Shown here: piece after piece, positions 54,201 through 64,000 of the stretch
How positions within the stretch are numbered: the first letter of the stretch is position 1
Layout: each line of letters opens with the position of its first letter
Source: Camelus dromedarius
Taxonomy: Eukaryota
Length of the DNA: 64,000 nucleotides
NCBI RefSeq assembly: GCF_036321535.1
Contig: NC_087438.1
Coordinates: 12,898,001-12,962,000, forward strand
Direction of reading: 5' to 3'
The notes under the pieces: model-generated
Told to the model about the DNA's origin: nothing
Database searches by the model: none
The model's input: the letters and a program-made list of their open reading frames with translations, nothing else
Position numbers and translations under genes: made by a program

Positions 54201-55124
54201 CTGTTACGCCCTCTGTCCTGCAGGATACAGTAAATACATCAGTCAATGTTACCCTTCGTTAAATGTATAGCATGTTATTTTCCTCAGCATATTAAAGAAT
54301 TATAAAATTTTGTTTCTAAGTTATAATTTCTCTGTCATTGATTTGGATGATTTACAAGGTTAACTGAATATGGAACTTACAATATATCCTAAATGCAGTA
54401 TTTGGAAAGCAGACCTATAATTTATAAATACAATTTCATTTGTTAAGTTGAACTGTACAAACTGGGTTTGGAAGGTCCAAAAATGTCCGGACATTGACTA
54501 TTTCATGTGTTTCAGCCTATAGAAATTGAGCTTTTTGTTAGAATGTGTTGAATATAAGATAGTTATTTGCCCTCTACTTCCCTGAAATTCAATAAATTTT
54601 GGAACCTGAGGAGCACATAGTGAATACGTCAACCTGTGACTTCACAAAATTAGATATTACCTTTACAAATGGCCCTTATGGATCTTGCTACACTATTAAA
54701 TTAAATTAAGTTAAATCAAATAAATAAATAAATAAAACCTTGAAAGCATTTTATATTTTGGTTAAAAATTATGCAGTCCAAAACTCTATGCAACATTAAA
54801 AAAAACTGTCAATTTTCTTCCTTTCTGATTGAAGACCTTCACATAGCAGTTCTTTCTTCCAAAGCAACCTGTGTCTTCCTTGATTCCAAGCTTTCTCCTG
54901 ATCCTCCACTGAGCTCTGGCTGATTCCAAACAACGGGATGTGTGTTGTTATTTTTTTAATTTTGAAATGTCCACATTGCTTTATACCTTGATGGCACTTA
55001 ATTGGATTTTAGTTATTTGTCTGATTGCTTTCACTCCACAGCCTGACTCCTTGCAAAAAGGCTTTTCTCACTTTTCTTTGGTATGCGATAATACCCAGGA
55101 ACTGTCTCTGTTCATTAGCTATTC

Positions 55125-55426
55125 ACGTATCGGTTCCATCAGTGGATGAAGGGATCAATAAATGTGTATGTATATTCAATAGAATATCACTCAGCATTAA
55201 AAGAGAAGAAACTCTTGTCCTCTGGGACAACCTGGACAAGCCTGGAGGGCATTAGGCACTGGATGAAATACGTCAGATACTGAGTCAGGTAACACATGGT
55301 ATGACTTACACGTAAAATTTTTAAAAAGTCTTACTCACAGAAACAGAGAGTGGAAAAGTGGGTGCCAGGAACGAGGGGGTGGGGAAATAGGGAGAGATTT
55401 GTAAAAGGGTATAAACTTTCAGTTTT
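55125..55426 (+). mobile_element. L1MA9/10-like 3' region, truncated on the right
   Basis: tccatcagtggatgaagggat...aaacagagagtggaaaagtgggtgccagg...aaagggtataaactttcagtt. Confidence 0.8.
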
Positions 55427-55443
55427 AAAACTGAAAACAGTTT

Positions 55444-55770
55444 CAAAGTTCATGTTGAAGGTTTAACCCCCATTGTGACCATATTTGGAGATGATGCCTT
55501 TAAAGAGGGAATTAAAGTTAAGTGAGGTCATCAGGGTGTGGTCTTAACCCAATAGGACTGGTGTCCTTACAAGAGGAGGAAGAGACATCAGAGATAAACA
55601 CACAGAGGAAAGAGCGTGTGAGGACATAGGGGAGAGGCTGATGGAAGAACCAAACCTGCCAACACCTGGATCTTGGACTTCTAGGTTCCAAAACTGTGAG
55701 AGAATAAATTTCTGCTCTTAAAGTCTCCCAGTCTGTGGCATTTTGTTATGATAGCCCTAGCAAATTAGTC
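55444..55770 (+). mobile_element. MLT1B LTR lacking its 5' terminus
   Basis: ttcatgttgaag...tatttggagat...gaggtcatcagggt...gactggtgtccttacaagaggagga...gccctagcaaa. Confidence 0.85.
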
Positions 55771-56150
55771 CCCAAAAGAAAACAAAGAAACTCTGCACAC
55801 AAGCAGTGTTCTCTGGGCCAGCATGTACCTCACAGACGTATTGTCAGTGGCCTTTCATTACTCCAATGCCAAAGTGGGTCCCTGCAAGCAAAGGACATTA
55901 GGGACCTGAATCTGACAGGTTCCGGACTCCTCTGGAAAGAAACGTTACATCTGTGCTTGGGTTTTCTTATATCCATTGTGAAACCTTAGTAAAATGTAGT
56001 GTTGAATAACATCTGTGATTTCTGTGAGTCTGCTTTGACAAGTCAACGTTTTACGGTATTTCAAGGGGTCTTGCAAGTACCTAAATGCTAACACATTACA
56101 ACTGAAGCAATCATTTCAGACCTGCAAACATGCATCTTGATAAATAGCCC

Positions 56151-56485
56151 GTGCATTAGTTTCTTAGGGCTACCATAACCAAATACCACAAACGGGGCGG
56201 CTTTATACACAGAAATTTATTCTCCCAGTTCTGGAGCCTGGAAGTCCTAAATTATGCTGTGGACAAAGCCATGCTCTCTCTGAAGGCCCTGGGGTGAAAT
56301 CTCTTTGATACCTTCCTCTTAGCTTCTGGTGTTGCCAGGAATCCTTGGTGTTCCTTGGCTTATAGATACATCACTCCAATCTCTGCATCTGCTGTTAAAA
56401 GTGCTGTTCTTCCTGTGTGTCTCTATATCTGTGTATCTCCTGCTCTTCTAAGGACATCAGTCATATCGGCTTAAGCCGATTGCTA
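56151..56485 (-). mobile_element. MLT1C LTR (partial)
   Basis: attagtttcttagggctaccataac...cagttctggag...atccttggtgttccttggctt...catcactccaatctctgc. Confidence 0.85.
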
Positions 56486-57829
56486 TGTAATTTCATATCT
56501 AGAAGTCATGATTAGAGTTACCCTTTCAATATTGTCTATATATATATACATTTTAGATTGATATCTGTATTTGTTATATACATATGTGTGTTTATATATG
56601 CACTAGTATATCTTTCATAAAATGTGGAACACTAATTTGTTTTGTAATCCTTTTTTACTGAATTTTTACATTAGGCACAATAAAGCTCTTTTTTCCTAAT
56701 GTCTATAAATTATCCCATTGTTTGAATGTGTTTTATTCTGTTGAATTAGATCTGTTTTAAAGAATTTTATAAATAAGTTTTAGCTTTGCCTTGATATTGC
56801 AAATTTTCTATAATTAGCATGCAAATACATACATATGCTTGAGCCCTTCTGAAAACATGTAAAATAAATACGTAAAAAGTAATCAAAGGGTATGTCATTT
56901 GAAATTGCCAAAGTGCCTTCCAAAACTTTTCTGATAATTAAAATCTGTATCATTATTGCATGAGAATTTGTATTTCTTCTCAACTTCAGTCATTTGTAAG
57001 ATTCGGGGGTATTTAGCATAAAAGGCAACATCCACCAAAAAACTAAAAGTAGAAACTATGATAGGATGTCTCTGGAGAGGGTAAGTTGGTGGTGAGTATT
57101 GGGACAGAGCTTTTGCCTTTTCATTATAAATCTCTCTGTGCTGTTTGATTTTGATAAATATTAGGAAAAATAATCATGGGAAAGAAATCCTCTTCTTCAG
57201 GGAAAATGACTATAACTACAAAAATTTAGACTACACTTGATTTGCTTTTTTTGTTTGTACACAACTAATAAGAAACAAATCTTTAAATTCAGACTTCATG
57301 CTCTCCAATATCCAATATTCCAAATTATTTAAGTCAGTCTGTAGCACAGGGAATGTTACAGTAGGTGGAGGTAGCTAAATACACCTGTTAGACGGCATGA
57401 TGAGGACTATTACCAAAATCAAACACAAAAACAAAATGTGAAGCTTGGAATCTTACATCCAGAGTGACCGAAAATGGTAGATTGTATATTTGGCTTATGG
57501 CCCTTTGTTGTTACCAGTTTATGTATTTCATTTCTCTCTCAGTGGACTGTATGATTCATGAAAAGAGTTTTCAATAATACTCCCATAATTCATAGAGCCA
57601 AACACGTTGACTTGGGCATATTAGATACTCAAAAAATATAAGATGAAGTGAAGTAGTTTATAAAGTTTCAGTGCCAGAAGAATGCTGTAATTCGGAAAGG
57701 ATTGGCCAAGGAAAGTTCACCATATTAATTCCGACCTACAAGGCAGTGAAGTAACCATTTCAATTGTCTGATGTACTACTCAGAGCCTTCTGGACCTGCC
57801 CAGCCTGCCCAGTGCAATAACATTCAGGG

Positions 57830-58060
57830 CTGGTGTCTGGGGATTTGGTTTCCTGTCTCAGCCCTAGGTTAACAGCATAGCGTTCCTTGGTCTTAGTTTT
57901 CCACCTGCAGGTGGATACATATATGTATACCTATGTGTATATATATGTGGGGATGTGTGTTATGATGCACAGTTTCATCAGTGTCGTGCTTACTGTAACA
58001 TACTGAATCAAAGATAATCTCGCAGGATTAAATGACACATCACAGAGTATTTTTATATTG
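57830..58060 (+). mobile_element. MIR fragment with internal TA/TG-rich run
   Basis: tcttagttttccacctg...tctcgcaggattaaatga. Confidence 0.4.
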
Positions 58061-58353
58061 AAGCCTTTAGGAACTACTTGTTTATCCTATAATAAATAAA
58101 AAGAAATAAATATATTTAAAAGTATGAGTTGTTCAATAGCACAGTTTGTGATAAAAGCTTTTAAAAAAGCATGTTGCAAGACTGTTAAAATACTATGTAA
58201 AATATAAATCTACATAGGGTATACAATACTATTTAAAATATAAACTTACATAAGATATCAGTATCTTTTACTTTTTCAAAAAATTTAGACTAAAGATAGT
58301 TGCATTTAAATGACAGAATTAAAATTTGGGGTGTTAAGATAACCCAGGTACTA

Positions 58354-58761
58354 ACTCTCCTACACTGCTGGTGGGAATGCAGTTTGGTGCAGCCACTGTG
58401 GAAAACAGTATGGCGATTCCTCAAAAGACTAGGAATAGACTTACCATATGACCCAATCATCCCACTCCTGGGCATATATCCAGAAGGAACCCTACTTCAG
58501 TATGACACCTGCACCCCAATGTTCATAGCAGCACTATTTACAATAGCCAAGACATGGAAACAGCCTAAATGTCCATCAACGGATGACTGGATAAAGAAGA
58601 AGTGGTATATTTATACAATGGAATACTACTCAGCCATAAAAACTGACAACATAACGCCATTTGCAGCAACATGGATGCTCCTGGATTATGTCATTCTAAG
58701 TGAAGTAAGCCAGAAAGAGAAAGAAAAATACCATATGAGATCGCTCATATGTGGAATCTAA
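58354..58761 (+). pseudogene. L1 ORF2p C-terminal fragment (uninterrupted frame)
   Basis: [68 protein letters not shown]. Confidence 0.95.
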
Positions 58762-59066
58762 AAAACAAAATGAAGCATAAATACAAAACAGAGATAGACT
58801 CATAGACATAGAATACAAACTTGTGGTTGCCTAGGGGGTGGGGAGTGGGAAGGGATAGACGGGATTTCAAAATTGTAAAATAGATAAACAAGATTATACT
58901 GTATAGCACAGGGAAATATATACAAGATCTTATGGTAGCTCACAGAGAAAAAAATGTGACAATGAATATATATATGTTCATGTATACCTGAAAAACTGTG
59001 CTCTGCACTGGCATTTGGCACAACATTGTAAAATGACTATAAATCAATAAAAAATGTTAAAAAAAA
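58354..59066 (+). mobile_element. Young 5'-truncated L1 (camelid lineage) with TSD
   Basis: Perfect 15-bp TSD ataacccaggtacta (58339-58353 / 59067-59081), TT/AAGA endonuclease-type site, AATAAA at 59046, A tail. Confidence 0.97.
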
Positions 59067-60399
59067 ATAACCCAGGTACTATATAAAATATGGTTTTGTA
59101 AATAGAAAAAGGCAATCCATATGGGAAAATACCACAGTTCATATTATACAGGTTATATTTATGTATTATATATTATATTTCAAATATTCATTTATCAAGT
59201 CAACATTATTACATCTAATCATGACTTTCTTAGTCACAGTACACATTTTTAATACTCTAAAGTGTTTGTGGTATTTTATACACCCACAAGGTTTATACCA
59301 TCTCATAAAACAGTTTTAATCTCTGACATAAAATGATAGGTAAAAGAGTAATAAAAGTAAAAAGGGAAAAATAATCTGTTTCTGTTCATTTATTTATCAG
59401 AAATATTGAAATAAAAAACCAAAACAATCCTTCAAATTTAGATTAATATAAAAGAAACAGGCTGCTCACTTTAGTGCATTATCATTGGATATAATTTTAT
59501 AATTCCTTCTGGACAAGTCCATTCCCTGCTCACTGAACTGCCTTCTGTTTGGTTATTCCAGCAGTTATGAAAACAAGAAAATTTTCTTATAATGTCCTGG
59601 CATTAAAGAATGGTGCTACTTTAATTTTGGACCTCCTGTGTCTTCGGCTGGAATGTAGCCTTAGGGGAACACATGTGTATAGGTGAGGAGAAAGGAGACA
59701 CCCATTCAACTGGCCAGAGCTTTTGAACAAACCCTGATAATCAATACACCAACAGATGCCATCGCCAGCTTGTCCTGAGATGCTATTCCCAGCTCGGGAA
59801 TGAGCTCATTGACTTCGCGGTGGAGAAGTCTTTCAGGGTTTCTCCAGTGTCGTCTAGTTTTGCTGCTGTCCAGAGGCAAAATCTAATAAATCGAGAGACA
59901 GAAGTGTTATATTTCACAGAAGGTGTCCTTATGCTTTGCAGATTGAAAACTGAAAAGAAAGAGTGGCTTATTTTGATTAGTTCTATGGCCCTTAGCCTCT
60001 TAACTATTCTTTTCTTTTCTTTTTTTTTTTTTTTTTTACATTTAAGGGCATTATAGAAAGAAAAAGAAACAATCAAAAGGTAAGAGGAATAGACAAGAAG
60101 AAAAAGGCAGTTTAAAGATTTGTGAATATGAAGGCAAAGAAGGAATGCAGAGATGAAGAAAATCTTCCATTACTAGTCCGCTGATACTAAATTCTGATTC
60201 AACTGCAAATTTGAGCATCACTACCTAAGTAAATTTTATGCATTTGTTAAAGTCAAAATGGGTTGAGCAGTTTTTTGTGCATCCAGATACATTTAAATTG
60301 CATTTACAGTTTAGAAATTTCATCCCTTTTTGGGGCATTTTGTTAACTCTTCAGTTTGAATAATATAATTATTGTGTAGGTACTATATTTACCATTATT

Positions 60400-60535
60400 T
60401 TATTATATTTTTTTCTATCTCACCCACTGAAATGTCAGTTCCATCGGCCAAGGGATCGTGTGTCTTTTTCGTCTCTCTTCTATCAGCAGTGTCCAGCGGG
60501 TTGGTCAAAGCCAGTAAATATTTGTTGAATAAGTG
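60400..60535 (+). mobile_element. L2 3' end
   Basis: cccactgaaatgtcagttccat...cagtaaatatttgttgaataa. Confidence 0.65.
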
Positions 60536-60789
60536 GTAAACAGTGTCTTATATAATGTGGTTTGGATTTCTTTAGAATTAACTAAACTAACTCGTCATTG
60601 GATACATTCAATGAAGTACAGTGCTCAGATCTTAACACCATAGCCCAGGCACTGTTTGATCAGAATATTTGAGAATCTCGTCTCTTTTTGGAGGCCAGTG
60701 GTTTTCAAAGATTTCTTATTTGTGGAAATTGTTCTTTCAAGTAAATGTATATAAAGAACTCCAATTTAATAATAAGAAAAAACACAGAA

Positions 60790-62385
60790 TTATTCTTGTT
60801 AAGGTGAAATATATGTATGTATGTACATGAAGGACCAAATATGATCATAATAGTCTTGGAGAAGTAAAAGTTGGGAGAACTTGCTGTAAAAGATTGAAAC
60901 ATATTGTAAGACAATAGTAATAAAGCTGGTTTGCAATTGGTTCAGAAGCAAAGAGACCAATGGAAATAAAGACTACAGAAACTATCATGTATTTGACTAT
61001 GGAAGCATAGCATTACAAGTAGTGAGGAAATTTTTTTCCATTAAATGGTTCTGGAAAAATTGAGTATTCAATTAAAATAAAATAAACTTTCAGATTATTG
61101 AGAACTTCAAAGTGCAATAAAATTTTAGATAATCTAGGAGTCCTTTGAGCACTTAAGATATGAAATAACATCTTAAACTATCTACAAATAGCTCTAAACA
61201 TACAGAAAATACTGATAAAATTTATTATGTTAATATTAAGAAATTTCGTTCATGAAGACCCCTAAGGGAGAAAGGACAAGCCATAAAGTAAGGACACTAT
61301 AGATTAGGAAAAAAGCAGCTTCCCAGGATGCTACAGCTGCATAAAGAACATGCTTCTGTGAATGAAGCACAAATAGTATTTCAGCTCCCATTACCCCCTT
61401 GGCTGCATGGCCCAGTGCTTCACACCACAGTGTGTATGGGGCGACCTTCATATTGTGGGAGAGGACAGTTACTGTGCATATAACCAGTAAAGGACTGGCA
61501 TTTAGACTGTGAAAATAACTCCAGTGTTAGTAAGTGTAATACAGAAAACACAATAGAAAAACATGAGCAAAAATCCTGAATGAGCAAATCCTTAAGGAAC
61601 AAATCCAAAAGACCAATAAAACTATATATATACATATACTATCATGGATAATCAGACAACTCAAAATTAAAACCACAAGGAAATTCCATTACATACCTGC
61701 TAGACTGGCTAAATTTAGTTAACTCGTAATATAAAGTGTCTGAAAGATTATGCAGCAATGGAAACTCATAAACTGCTGTAAGAATGAAAATATTGGTTCT
61801 AGAGTGTTGATAAATAAATTTATGGACACCCTCTGAGCAATTCCATTTTAAGTGTATTAATATAGAGTGGCGTGTTGATACTACACAAACAAGGATGTAA
61901 ACACAAGAATGTTCATGAAAGTATTACTCACAATTGCTCTTTTCTGGAAACAAACCAAGTGTCCATCAACAATAGAATAGATAAAATTATGCTGCATTCA
62001 TGTAAGATAATATTATAGCTAAGCAAACAAAATAAATACATATATATGCACATATATCATAATTCTAATTATATTATGTCAAAAGAAGTGAAAACAAAAA
62101 TACTTCATAGGAACACAGATTAAGGTACTAAACTAAAGAATACTACAGAAACGGTTAAAATCAAACTCAGCAAAGTGGTTATATCTGGACGGGAGAGGAA
62201 TGTGATTGAGGCAAAATCTTTGAGAAATTTGCACATGCTGACAATATTCTATTTTCTTTTAAATCTTTAAGGTGATTTCTCTCATTTTCACTTTATTTTT
62301 CTTGCCCATCCCAGTTTTGCCTTATATGCTTTGTGTTTGCTTTGTTTTATATATGCTTTCTTTGTGACTAGTTCACAATTTTTAA
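60790..62385 (+). mobile_element. Ancient L1 (L1ME-like) 3' region
   Basis: gagaccaatggaa, aaattaaaaccacaagg...ccattacatacctgctagactggc, ctggaaacaaaccaagtgtccatcaacaatagaatagataa. Confidence 0.75.
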
Positions 62386-62446
62386 ATCAAGAAAAGTATT
62401 CTCAATTGGATAATTGGGAATTTACTAATTTTACTGTTTAGGGAGG

Positions 62447-62881
62447 TGTATTAGTTCCTGGAGTTGCTTTCAGAAAGCACCCAAAACTGTGTGGCTTAAA
62501 GCAAACAGAAAATTATTCACTCACAATTCTGGAGGTTAGAAATTCAAAATCACGGTGTTGGCAGGCTCGTGCTTTAGCTAAGGTGCTAGGGGAGAAGTGT
62601 TTTCCTAGTTTCTGTTGGTTGCCAGCATCCTTGGCACTCCTTGGCTTGCAGCTGAGTCACTGCCTGTGTCTTCACGTGTTTGTCATCCCTCTGTGTCTGT
62701 GTCTGAGTCCAAATTCCCACCTTCTTAGAAGAACAATGGTCATTAGATTTAGGGGCCCGTCTAATCCAGTATGACTGCATCTAAATTTACTGCATCTGCA
62801 AAGACCCTTTTTCCAAATCAGTTCATGTTCTGGGGTTCTGGATGACATGAATTTTGGAGGGAGGCTACTCAATCCAGTACA
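62447..62881 (-). mobile_element. MLT1C LTR, near full length
   Basis: tgtattagttcc start, tcacaattctggaggttagaaattcaaaatc, catctgcaaagaccctttttccaaat, caatccagtaca end. Confidence 0.9.
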
Positions 62882-63884
62882 TAAGAATATAGTTTAATAA
62901 ATTCATGGGATTTTCTAAATTATATTTTATAAACAGCATTATAAAGTTTTAATTGACAATTCATCTCTAAATCATGAGCCACAGAACCTGGCCCAAGGTT
63001 TGAAATCTTTCCAAACCAAGGTACAACACACATACCTAAAACTGGAGAAAGCAAAGATGATCTGGGTATTTTGAGGAAGGAGTTTTATAGCAATGGTATC
63101 ATATTCTCTATGAAAACTATGCCAGAAGTGATAGCAATGGATTTTTTATTGAGGATTAGACTCAAAATTATGTTTTGCATTGCCTGAATCTAGCTCAGAG
63201 GAGTTTTAGTTCTGCTAATTACTGAATCTCTCAGAAGGAACACCCTACTCTAATTCTTTAAAAATCAATTGTTCAAAATTAGATAAACGTATTTTCAAAC
63301 TGAAAATCCCAAAGATATTTCATGTGTAGTTAATAATTTCACAATTTTTTTTGTTACAGCTATCTTTTTGCCCATTTATATTAGAGTAAGCATTGGACTT
63401 TAACATAATTTGTGCACTATTTATACTTATTAAATACTAATTATGACCGATTCATATTTTGGGTAGTATATGACATCTTTGAATCTAAATAGATTAAAAA
63501 AATATTTTCTCTTATAGATAGTTTAAATGACTTTTTCTTTACAATCCTTTAAACTTCTGTGCCTATAGTCTGTCAGCTTCCCATTAGTATCTGGAATGTT
63601 CCTTCTCAATACTTTTCAAATATTGAAATATGAGATTTCTATTGGAAAATTTGAGTAGTTTTCTCCAAAACCAAATTGTGCATATTTTTCGTATCTCCTC
63701 AAGTAGCTCAGCCAGCAAAGAAAAACAAAGTGCTTTGGGAGCAGAGTGCGGAAGAGAGGAAGGACAGATCTGGCTTTATTTCAAAGTTAAGAAAAAAAAA
63801 ATTGGCTCCTGGCAGAATCAAAAGCCTGGATTCGATTCAAAATATCATTGAATGCTAAATCCGGAAATTATCTTACAAATCGTT

Positions 63885-64000
63885 ATCCAATCCAATCCTT
63901 TTATTTAATAGATGAGGAACTTAAAACCCAGGGAAAATTAATACCAGGCTTAAGGCTCCCCAGCCAGCCAGGCAGAGCTCTGCTTTATTCTATTTCCAGG
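63885..64000 (-). mobile_element. MIR SINE fragment
   Basis: tccaatcc...atttaatagatgaggaacttaaaacccagg. Confidence 0.6.

Noticed and set aside
58300..58761. 153-aa ORF as a host gene
   Set aside because: It is L1 ORF2 C-terminus read in from flanking DNA with a non-ATG start
63676..63858. Exon-like purine-rich ORF VAQPAKKNKVLWEQSAEERKDR
   Set aside because: No convincing splice donor, no recognisable protein, no partner exons
251..63858. Remaining short ORFs in the supplied track
   Set aside because: 60-130 aa, many with non-ATG starts, AT-biased composition, mostly within repeats; consistent with chance

Overview
AT-rich mammalian non-coding DNA (intergenic or deep intronic), densely covered by interspersed repeats: L1, MIR, L2, MaLR/ERV-L/ERV1 LTR elements and hAT/Mariner relics. 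A tRNA-derived SINE of the camelid Vic-1 type, with no recognisable ruminant (Bov-tA/BovB) or pig (PRE-1) SINEs, points to a camel/llama/alpaca genome (inference). I could not recognise any host protein-coding exon. The only recognisable coding remnants are the ORF2 C-terminus of a young 5'-truncated L1 with a perfect 15-bp target-site duplication (58354-59066) and a decayed ERV-L integrase/dUTPase segment (32840-33330). The most notable non-routine items are: a palindromic array of ~21-bp units at 36017-36192; a repeat-free, CpG-retaining block with a near-perfect RFX X-box at ~5900-7450; two apparent non-retrotranspositional inserts that split older elements (3615-3922 and 46094-46734); and a perfect 20-bp palindrome at an L1/MLT1B junction. 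I found no convincing new multi-gene system. Repeat subfamily names come from recalled consensus sequences, and boundaries of old elements are approximate.
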